This document shows, piece by piece, positions 38,298 through 50,323 of a DNA stretch of 64,000 nucleotides (positions within the stretch are counted from its first letter, which is position 1; each line of letters begins with the position of its first letter). The position numbers and the translations under genes are program-made. The stretch comes from Candidatus Kaiserbacteria bacterium. Its GTDB lineage: Bacteria > Patescibacteriota > Minisyncoccia > Phycocordibacterales > UBA2100. Where the stretch lies: assembly GCA_016186765.1 (NCBI GenBank), contig JACPLD010000003.1, positions 6,121 through 70,120 on the forward strand, given 5' to 3'. The notes beneath the pieces were generated by a model, which was given only the letters and a program-made list of their open reading frames with translations, was not told the origin of the DNA and ran no database searches.

Positions 38298-38963
38298 CTA
38301 CCCTTCTTCGAGAACGATGTGACCATCGAGGCCGACGAAGCGAAGTTCAATGCCCTCGTGACTAAACGGAACATCCTCATAAGGCTCATCCCACCAGGAC
38401 TTTGGCCGCGCCGTATCGTCATGCTTAGGTTGCTTGCGATTAACTCCTTCCTGTTTGCGACGATATGCGCGCGCTTCGTACTCGAAGAGCGCCTTGCGTA
38501 ATAACTCGGCTTTGTCGAATTCGAATGATAGGGAACGCTCATGGCCGAGATACTCCGCATGCTCGATGAGTGCCCGTAAAACTTCCTGCGTTTGTAGGCC
38601 GGCCCATTCTTTTTCGTAGCGGATTGCACCGCCTGATCGCTTCACGAATATAAGGCGTTGTTTCCACAGCCAAGGCCCCTCGACATCGAACTGATAGATA
38701 TGCCCCGGATCGAGAACTTGAAATGCAGACGGGGCGGACTCTCCAAGCGCCATGCGCAACCACTCTTCGGCGTTCGCTGTCTCTCTACAGGGCAAGATGT
38801 CGTAGAGATATCGTGTCCTGTCGACAAGCGCGCCTATCAAATCGACGTTTCTGAGACCGGGATGGACATTTTCGCTGTACGGATCAGCAAGAAGAAGCGT
38901 CTGTACGCCGCCACCGAGCTGATCGAGCTCATAGACATGTCCGGGATCAATGATTCGCATCAC
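38298..38963 (-). CDS. Internally duplicated protein, Tad1/Acb2-like fold suspected
   Basis: Two repeats beginning IIDPGHVYELD and VLDPGHIYQFD; strong SD GGAGGAGGTG. Confidence 0.6.
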   Translation of the reverse strand: MMRIIDPGHVYELDQLGGGVQTLLLADPYSENVHPGLRNVDLIGALVDRTRYLYDILPCRETANAEEWLRMALGESAPSAFQVLDPGHIYQFDVEGPWLWKQRLIFVKRSGGAIRYEKEWAGLQTQEVLRALIEHAEYLGHERSLSFEFDKAELLRKALFEYEARAYRRKQEGVNRKQPKHDDTARPKSWWDEPYEDVPFSHEGIELRFVGLDGHIVLEEG

Positions 38964-39158
38964 TCACCTCCTCCGAGCCAACGCTCGGGTTGTGTGCTTC
39001 TCCAAGAGATTTCTAGCACGGCTCCACTTACTGCTCAACTCTCTCGCGCTCTCCTCCAGGTAGCTCAAGCAGCTCTTGCGAGGCGAGCTCGGCTTCCTTG
39101 TGCTCTACCGTCTACCGAAATCAATTGACTTTTGAAGCACATGCCGTAGCGTTTGCGG

Positions 39159-39845
39159 ATGGAACAACAGATGCCCGCATGCATTGGCATAATGCTCGAT
39201 GGAAATAGACGGTGGGCAAAAAAGAATGGCCTGCCGAAACTCGAAGGACACCGACGGGGTTATGAACGAGCCCTCGAATGTGCACGCTGGGTGCGCGACC
39301 GAGGCATCAAACACCTTGCGTACTTTGTCTTCTCAACGGAGAACTGGAACCGCGAGGCTGACGAGGTTGCGTATCTCATGAAGCTTGTAGAGCACATGGT
39401 CAGTAAGAATGGTGCGCTTCCGCGTCTTTCAGAAGAAGGTATCCGTCTCCGCTTTATCGGGAAGCGTGAGATGCTTGCCGAATCCACGCAAGATGCGATG
39501 CTCACGGCAGAGAAGCAAAGTGCCCAAAATACACAGATGACGCTGTGGGTGGGTATCTCCTATGGCGGTCGAGCGGAGATACTTGAAGCGGCAAAACGTA
39601 TCGCGAAAACGGGCGAAGAGGTAACCGAAGAGTCTTTCCGAAAACATTTCTGGAGTGCGGAGATGCCGGATCCGGATATCATCATACGGACAGGAAACGT
39701 ACAGCGGCTGTCGAACTTCCTGCTCTGGCAAGCGGCGTACAGCGAACTTTTTTTCATCGATACGCTCTGGCCGGATTTCTCTGAAGAAATGCTGGACCGG
39801 ATACTTGCTGAATACAACAAGCGCGAGCGGCGCATGGGCAGGTGA
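39159..39845 (+). CDS. uppS: Undecaprenyl/cis-prenyl diphosphate synthase
   Basis: MLDGNRRWA, FSTENWNR, YGGR, IRTG..RLSNFL.WQ. Confidence 0.95.
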   Translation: MEQQMPACIGIMLDGNRRWAKKNGLPKLEGHRRGYERALECARWVRDRGIKHLAYFVFSTENWNREADEVAYLMKLVEHMVSKNGALPRLSEEGIRLRFIGKREMLAESTQDAMLTAEKQSAQNTQMTLWVGISYGGRAEILEAAKRIAKTGEEVTEESFRKHFWSAEMPDPDIIIRTGNVQRLSNFLLWQAAYSELFFIDTLWPDFSEEMLDRILAEYNKRERRMGR

Positions 39846-39923
39846 AAAGAGGAGGGGCGGCACGGAGGAAAGAAAGATGATACAATCGCGGTTCGTTCTT
39901 TCGTTTTTTGAGGAGGGTCGCAC

Positions 39924-40397
39924 ATGAAGCGAAACCGTCGCGCCCTCCGCAGAGGAGTGGCGCTAATCGTCGTCAATCCTAACGGTGAGGTTTTGGTTCT
40001 GAAGGAACTTGAAGCAAAGCCTGACCTTGAAAAATACGTGGGGATTTACTCGATTCCCATGGAGACCGTTGAGAAAGGTGAGAGCGAGCAGGAAGCGCTC
40101 GCCCGTCTCATCACCGAAGAGCTGGGCGGTCTGTCGGTGGAAATCGAGTCTAAGAAGCGCGGCTTTTACTGGATCGCGCAAGACGCCCGAGCTTCACTCT
40201 ACGTTGGGCAGACTGATACAAGAGATCTACGCTGCCCCAGCAAGTCGGGCGAGGTCGACGGACAGCGGTGGGAATCCCCGCGAGAGGCTCTCAAGCTCTG
40301 GATCCGGCGGGGAGTGCGAGAAATGCTCCACGATTACCTCGCCGGGCGGCGAGGAGTGACATGCAGTCACTGCCGTTCCGTGGCTCCCAAGAGTTAG
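39924..40397 (+). CDS. Nudix hydrolase-like protein
   Basis: Degenerate Nudix box PMETVEKGES..EALARLITEELG. Confidence 0.65.
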   Translation: MKRNRRALRRGVALIVVNPNGEVLVLKELEAKPDLEKYVGIYSIPMETVEKGESEQEALARLITEELGGLSVEIESKKRGFYWIAQDARASLYVGQTDTRDLRCPSKSGEVDGQRWESPREALKLWIRRGVREMLHDYLAGRRGVTCSHCRSVAPKS

Positions 40398-40435
40398 CGC
40401 GCGTGTCGGACAATCGGCTCGCGCGCGCTTTTTTT
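40396..40435 (+). terminator. Intrinsic terminator
   Basis: AGCGCGCG...CGCGCGCT followed by a T-run. Confidence 0.7.
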
Positions 40436-41231
40436 AAAGCACGACTGTCGAACCGGGAGATTTGCCTTGCAAGGCATCCGCGAGCAAACCCGGTTTCTTC
40501 GCGTTAAAAATCACTACTTCACAACCTCGGAGCGGGAGGAGCGCGCGAAGTTTACCTCTCATTGCGCCGGTAACGTCACGGGTATGACTCGCGGCACGCA
40601 ATGTCATGCCACGCAGTGCGCTGCGGCGTATCCGCGGAAGCGGACGCTCGCCGCGGCGCGGAGGAAAATGCTCGTACACGCCGTCAACATCCGTGGCAAA
40701 GAGAATTCTCTTCGCCCGAAAATGCGCCGCGAGCGCCGCGGCGAGCGCATCGGCCGAAGCGATCGCGCTCCGGCGACCACCCAAAACGACGTCTCCACCA
40801 AGAAGCGGCACACCGCCGTGCGCAAGAATGGTTTCAACAAGGGCGTGGCCCCCAAAAACCACCTTTCCTTTTACTTGCCGCACAAGCGAACTTGTTTGCA
40901 GAGGGACGACGGGGATTCCTGCAGTGAGAAGAATATCACTTAGGCGGTTCCCAAGCTCGCGCATGGAAAGAGCGGCATGTCCCACACCGATCAGGATATC
41001 TGGCTCGAGTACTGAATTCCAAAGGCGATACCGATGCGCAAGCGGATGCCCGAAAGAGCCAGCACCATGCAGAAGAATCAGTCGCGCGTGTTTCCGCGTG
41101 GAAGCGGATGCGTGCCAGTGAGAGAGTTCTTCGACCAAACGCGTCACGAGGCGGGTTCGCAGCATTGGCTTGCCGCTCTTCTTCGCGGTAATCACGCTTC
41201 CGCCAAGCTTCACGATGATAAGCTCCGACAT
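40434..41231 (-). CDS. Isopentenyl phosphate kinase (amino-acid-kinase family)
   Basis: KLGGSVIT.K, HGAGSFGH, GD, SAD, TDVDGVY, DVTGAM.GK. Confidence 0.85.
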   Translation of the reverse strand: MSELIIVKLGGSVITAKKSGKPMLRTRLVTRLVEELSHWHASASTRKHARLILLHGAGSFGHPLAHRYRLWNSVLEPDILIGVGHAALSMRELGNRLSDILLTAGIPVVPLQTSSLVRQVKGKVVFGGHALVETILAHGGVPLLGGDVVLGGRRSAIASADALAAALAAHFRAKRILFATDVDGVYEHFPPRRGERPLPRIRRSALRGMTLRAASHTRDVTGAMRGKLRALLPLRGCEVVIFNAKKPGLLADALQGKSPGSTVVL

Positions 41232-41235
41232 TTCA

Positions 41236-44933
<3,698 letters not shown>

Positions 44934-44937
<4 letters not shown>

Positions 44938-47900
44938 ACTCGTCTTCCTTCAAATCGCTCCCCGCCGATAAATTCGACATCAATGCCAAGACCGCGAAGG
45001 TGCCGCACGAGCACGTTGAATGTCGCCGGCGTGTGCGTTTCAGTGATGCGTTTGCCCGAGACGATCGCATCGAACGCCGCCGAGCGGCCGAGAATGTCGT
45101 CGGATTTGTACGTGAGGATCTCACGAAGGGAATGCGCCGCGCCGTAGCCAAGAAACGCCCACACCTCCATTTCCCCGACGCGCTGACCACCGTTTTGCGC
45201 CTTGCCGCCCAAGGGTTGCTGCGTCGTAAGCGAGTAGGGACCGATCGAGCGCATGTGGATCTTGTCCTCGACCATGTGGTGCAGCTTCAGCATGTACATG
45301 GTGCCGACCGCAACCGGCTGGGCGAAGGGCTCGCCGGTGCGACCATCGAAGAGAACTCGCTTGCCGCTTTCGTGAAATCCTGCCTGCTTCAATTCTGCCC
45401 TGATCTCCGCTTCGGTAGCCCCGGCAAATGAAGGTACGACTGCCTGGTAGCCCAAGGTTTCGGCCGCAAGCCCGAGGTGGAGCTCGAGGATCTGCCCGAG
45501 ATTCATACGGGATGGCACGCCTAGCGGGGTGAGGATAATGTCCACGGGATTTCCCTCCTCGTCGAAGGGCATGTCCTCCTCGGGCAGCACGCGCGAAATC
45601 ACGCCTTTGTTGCCGTGGCGTCCGGCGAGTTTGTCGCCGACCGCGATCGTTCGAAGCTGCGCGACTTCAACATGCACGCGCTTAATGACACCGCTTTCGA
45701 GTTGGTCGCCGCTTTCGCGCGAGAATATTTTGATGCCCACCACGCGACCGCGCTTCCCGCCTTCCATGCGCAGAGAAGTGTCCTTCACGTCTTTGGCTTT
45801 CTCCCCGAAGATCGCGTGCAAGAGCCGCTCCTCGGGCGTGAGCTGCGTTTCTCCCTTCGGCGTCACCTTTCCCACCAAAATATCGCCCGGGCGCACCTCG
45901 GCGCCGATGCGGATGATACCGTCCTCGTCAAGGTTGCGTAGCTTGAATTCCGAGACGTTCGGGATGTCATGCGTCGTCACCTCAGGCCCGAGCTTGGTGT
46001 CTCGGACGATGCAGACGAACTCCTCCATGTGGATGGAGGAGAAGCGCGCCTCCTTCGCGAGACGCTCGGAAATAACGATTGCATCCTCGAAATTTGCACC
46101 GAACCACGGTAAAAAGGCGACGCGAACGTTCTGCCCTATCGCAAGCTGACCCCCGACAGAAGTAGAGGTGTCGGCAAGAACAGTTCCCTTCTTCACATTG
46201 TCTTCGACGGAAACGAGTGGCCGCTGATGGAACGTCGTGAAGCCATTCGTACGCTGGAAATTGACGAGCGGGTATTCCTTCGTCTTCCCCTCCGCGTTCT
46301 TCACCTTGATGAGCGACGCATCCACGTAGGTCACTTCGCCCGCCTCTTCCACGATCACAAGACGCCCCGAGTCCCGCGCAGCGGAGGCCTCGACGCCGGT
46401 TGTGACCAAAGGAGCTTCCGGCACGACAAGCGGCACTGCCTGCTTCTGCATGTTGGAACCCATCAGAGCGCGGTTTGCGTCATCGTTCTCGACGAACGGG
46501 ATCAAGGACGTAGCGACCGAGAAGAGCTGGTTCGTCGCGACCTCGATCAGATCGACTTCCTCACGCTTGACGATCATCGGTACGCCACCTTTGCGCACAT
46601 CGACGAGCTTCTCCTTGATGTGGCCCTCATCATCACGCGGCGTTGCAGCGTGTGCGATCGCATGACTTTCCTCCTCAAGGGCGTTTATGTAGACGACCTC
46701 CTTCGTCACGCGGCCCTTCTCAACCTTCGCGTAGGGTGTCTCGATAATGCCGAATTGGTTCGGGCGCGCATAGAGCGACATGTGCAACACAAGGCCGATG
46801 TTCTTGCCTTCGGGCGTGTGAATGGGACACACGCGGCCGTAGTGCGAGGAATGCACGTCGCGCACCTCTAAGCCTGCTCGCTCGCTCGTCAAGCCACCGC
46901 GACCGAGCGTCGAGAGCGTTCGCAGGTGCTCGATCTCGTCGAGCGTGTTGTACTGCTGCATAAGCTGCGAGAGCTGATCGGTCGTGAAAAATTCGCGGAC
47001 CGCCGCCTGGAAGGGCCGAGGATTGATGAAGTGCACCGGGAGCGTGGTCGTGGGATCTACCATCGCCATCCGATCTTGAATGTTGCGCTTCATGCGTGAG
47101 AGCCCGACGCGCATACGCTGCTCCAAAAGCTCGCCAACGAAACGAACGCGGCGGAAGCCGAGGTGATCGATGTCGTCCGGCAGCGCTGCAGGATTGTCGT
47201 TGCTCTCGGCAATGTGCGTCACGATGCGTGCGATGTCCTCGGAGTTGAGGGTCGCGCGCTCCAAATCTTTGTGCGAGGTCGGGAGACCAAAGCGACGGTT
47301 GAAGTGGAAGCGGCCGACTTTGGAGAGATCGTAGCGTTCGGCGGAGAGGATCGCCTGCACGTGCTCCCGAGCGCTCTCAGGAGTCGCGATATCGCCGTCT
47401 CGCAGACGCCGGTAGATCTCGACGTATGCCTCCTCGGGCGTGTGCGCCTGGTCGTGCCCAAGTGTCGCTGCAATAGCCTCAGAGGCTGCGCGAGACTTTT
47501 CGAACCTCGCGCGCATCTCTTTTTCGGTCGCAAGTCCGAGCACCCGCAAGAGCGCGGTAACGGGAAAACGCCGCTTGCGATCGATCTTCACATAGATCCC
47601 GCCATCGGGATCCGACTCGAGTTCGATCCACACGCCGCGCGAGGGAATTATTTTTGCCGCAAAGTAGTTCTTCCCTTTGTACGGGACGGTTTCAAAAAAC
47701 ACACCGTAGCTTCGCGCGAGCTGCGGCACGACGATACGCTCAACACCGTTGATAACGAATGAGCCATGAGCCGTCATCCATGGAAAGTCTGCGAGGAAGA
47801 TTTCCTGCTCCTTCTCGGTGCCCGTCGTCTTGTTTTTGAGTCGCACCACGATCGAAAGCGGCGCCTCGTACGTGCGCATCGTTTTCTTCGCGTGATGTTC

Positions 47901-48122
47901 GTTCCAGCGCAGCTCGCCAAAAGCAAATTCCACAAGCTTAAGCTCGAATTTCTTGCCCGAGTGGTCACCGATCGGGAAAAACTCACCGAAGACGCGCTCC
48001 GCACCCCCCTCGATGAACTCGCGGAAGGAGGCGAGCTGTGAATCGACGAGCGACGGCAGCTTCACGAGAGGCTCCCGGAACGCGGAGAAGTATTTCTGCG
48101 GCCGCTGCTTGGTTTTTCTCAT
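44934..48122 (-). CDS. rpoB: RNA polymerase beta subunit
   Basis: GDKLAGRHGNKG, RMNLGQ, GGQRVGEMEVWA. Confidence 0.99.
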
Positions 48123-48277
48123 TGTGCAACAAGCTACCCGTACAGCGCGCTTTCGCGCTGCAGGTATGAACGATATTAAATTTTTATGAAAAACGTTTGC
48201 CGAAGCGCGCCCGCAACTCACTCGAAGCTAACGTGCAAATGTCCGAGGAGTATAAACAAAGGCACCTTTTCCGTCAA

Positions 48278-48314
48278 CCCCATTGAGATGGCGGCTCACG
48301 CCTATCTCACGGGG
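48278..48314. repeat. Second copy of the CCCCAT(T)GAGAT hairpin element
   Basis: CCCCATTGAGATGGCGGCTCACGCCTATCTCACGGGG, abutting the trmD stop. Confidence 0.8.
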
Positions 48315-49052
48315 TCAAGAGTCCCGGCGCCTCTTCCACTCGTCGATCTTTGCATGGTGGCCCGAGCGCAAAACCGCCGGAACTTTATATTTCTTGCCCT
48401 TCCAGACAAGCATTTCCGGCCTCGTATAGACCTCGGGGCTCGAAACACGGCTTGCCTCGAGAGATTCGGCTTTTCCCAAGACACCTGGTACAAATCGAGC
48501 AACAGCGTCGATCAGGGTCGCTGCGGGAAGCTCGCCACCGGTGAGTACATAGGGACCCATGGAGACTTTTTTGGCTTTCAGTATTTTCTGCACGCGCGCG
48601 TCTACTCCTTCGTAGTGCCCTGCGATAAGCACAATGTTCCTTTCTCGTGATAATTTCTTTGCGAGTGCCTCGCTAAACTGTTCACCGTCGGTTGAGAAAA
48701 AAATGAATTTTGCCTTTTGCCTTTTGCCTTTTGCCTTCTTGAGAGCGGCTTCCGCCGCTCTCAAGATAGCATCCGGCTCCAAGACCATCCCGGGCCCGCC
48801 GCCGTACGGCCGTCTGTCCACGCGGCCATATGTATCTCGCGTGAAATCTTTTGGATCGTAGAAAGAAATTTTTATCTTTCTCGCATCTCTAGCGCGGCCG
48901 ATGATCGAGCTTTTGAGATATGGCTCGATAGATCCGGGAAAGAGCGTAACAATGTGAAAACGAAGCGGAGCGGAGCCCCTTACCAAGCGGCCCTTTGCCC
49001 GTGACTTGCCACGACCAGATAAGTTCGAACGCTTGGTGCGGGGGTGGAGCAT
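48315..49052 (-). CDS. trmD: tRNA (guanine-37-N1)-methyltransferase
   Basis: PYGGGPGMV, GHYEGVD.R, YVLTGGELPA, VP.VL.SG.H; ATG overlaps the upstream TAA. Confidence 0.95.
   Translation of the reverse strand: MLHPRTKRSNLSGRGKSRAKGRLVRGSAPLRFHIVTLFPGSIEPYLKSSIIGRARDARKIKISFYDPKDFTRDTYGRVDRRPYGGGPGMVLEPDAILRAAEAALKKAKGKRQKAKFIFFSTDGEQFSEALAKKLSRERNIVLIAGHYEGVDARVQKILKAKKVSMGPYVLTGGELPAATLIDAVARFVPGVLGKAESLEASRVSSPEVYTRPEMLVWKGKKYKVPAVLRSGHHAKIDEWKRRRDS
48708..48735. repeat. (TTTTGCC)x4 inside trmD
   Basis: Four perfect heptamers encoding KAKGKRQKAK. Confidence 0.9.
48976..49043. mobile_element. Miniature inverted-repeat element forming the TrmD N-terminal extension
   Basis: CCCCTTACCAAGCG ... 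CGCTTGGTGCGGGG terminal inverted repeats. Confidence 0.6.
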
Positions 49053-49363
49053 TACTCGCTCTTGAGAGAATCAATGACGTCATCCACTGATCGATCTGGC
49101 GCAAACATGCGTTCACTGCCCTCAGGCTCTTCGATCTTGAGGTTTACGCGCGCATCGTTTTTCATGCCGACGACCCGGAGGATCGTACGAATCGCCTTCG
49201 CGGTCTGCCCCGAGCGGCCGATGACCTTGCCCATGTCGTCCTTGTGCACGCTAAGCGTGAGCAAGACGCCCATCTCATCCACAGTGCGGTTAATTTTCAC
49301 GTCGTCCGGATTGTCGACCAATGCCTTCACAACGTACTCCAGAAATTGCTGATCTCTTTCCAT
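49052..49363 (-). CDS. khpA: KH-domain RNA-binding protein KhpA
   Basis: LVDNPD.V, DMGKVIGRSG.TA.AIR; lies between rpsP and trmD. Confidence 0.93.
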   Translation of the reverse strand: MERDQQFLEYVVKALVDNPDDVKINRTVDEMGVLLTLSVHKDDMGKVIGRSGQTAKAIRTILRVVGMKNDARVNLKIEEPEGSERMFAPDRSVDDVIDSLKSE

Positions 49364-49421
49364 GCAACTAGTGCAGTTAGTGGTTAGTAGTCTGTAGTAA
49401 TATGACCGTCGGACAGTATAC

Positions 49422-49441
49422 CCTGCCTGGCGGCAGGCAGG
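49422..49441. repeat. 20-bp palindrome, CCTGCC family
   Basis: CCTGCCTGGCGGCAGGCAGG. Confidence 0.8.
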
Positions 49442-49445
49442 CAAA

Positions 49446-49898
49446 TTACTCGTTTTTTGCCTCGCCAGAGCCTTGAGGGGGTTCTGCAGGTGCAGCTTCC
49501 TCTACGTTCGCTTCAGCCGCAGCTTTCACTTCTGCGTCGTGTGCAGCCTTCGTTTCTGCCTTCGCTTCCTGCTCAGCAGCCTTCTTTGCTTCTTCCGCCT
49601 TTGCCTCCGCCGCTGCCTCGGCGGGAGCTTTGTATGCCGGAAGAACGTTTATCTTTTTAGCATCCAAAATACCCAAGCTAACGAGAGCATTGTGAACGGT
49701 CGCAGAAGGCTTCGCGCCGACGGACATCCAATACTTGACTCGCTCAGCGTTCATAGTGCGCTCCTTGGTTTTCGGGTTGTAGGTGCCAAGCTTTTCGATG
49801 AAGTTACCGGTCTTTGGGCTTTCGGTGTGCTCCGTCACGATAATGCGAAACGTCGGCATGTTCGTTCTGCCGGTTCGCTGCATCCTGATTTTCAACAT
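49446..49898 (-). CDS. rpsP: 30S ribosomal protein bS16
   Basis: MLKIRMQR.G, E.LGTYNP, W...GA.PS.TV; Ala/Glu-rich tail. Confidence 0.96.
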   Translation of the reverse strand: MLKIRMQRTGRTNMPTFRIIVTEHTESPKTGNFIEKLGTYNPKTKERTMNAERVKYWMSVGAKPSATVHNALVSLGILDAKKINVLPAYKAPAEAAAEAKAEEAKKAAEQEAKAETKAAHDAEVKAAAEANVEEAAPAEPPQGSGEAKNE

Positions 49899-49984
49899 AA
49901 CCGCGACACTGTACCAGCAAGCATCACTGCGGTCAATTGCGCTTTCAAACCTGTTTGATTGAATGGAAATAGGAAGGGAAGGAG

Positions 49985-50251
49985 GTGAGTAGAGTGAACC
50001 CGGTACCGAAGAATAAAGCGTACAAGGTGATAGTCACAGGCAGCTTCGACTACGAAACGTACCTGCGAATATCCGGATTGCTCAGGGAGTTTGGAAGTGT
50101 GCAAAGCGCATTTTTCGACGCCAAGAGCAAGAAGCTAGACGCTGCGGCAACATTCATGGTCTCGACCATGCATGACGCCGATGACATGCGGGTTCTGCTC
50201 GAGCAGAACCCAGGAGTCCACCGTGTCCTCGTGGAGGCAAACCATGCCTGA
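49985..50251 (+). CDS. Small hypothetical protein (alternating alpha/beta pattern)
   Basis: Purine-rich SD region upstream; hairpin downstream at 50263-50309. Confidence 0.55.
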   Translation: MSRVNPVPKNKAYKVIVTGSFDYETYLRISGLLREFGSVQSAFFDAKSKKLDAAATFMVSTMHDADDMRVLLEQNPGVHRVLVEANHA

Positions 50252-50323
50252 AATTTTGCCACAGAAGGCCAGTACCTCGTTTCTTCCCCAGAAACACCTG
50301 GCCTTCTTCACTACATACTCGAG

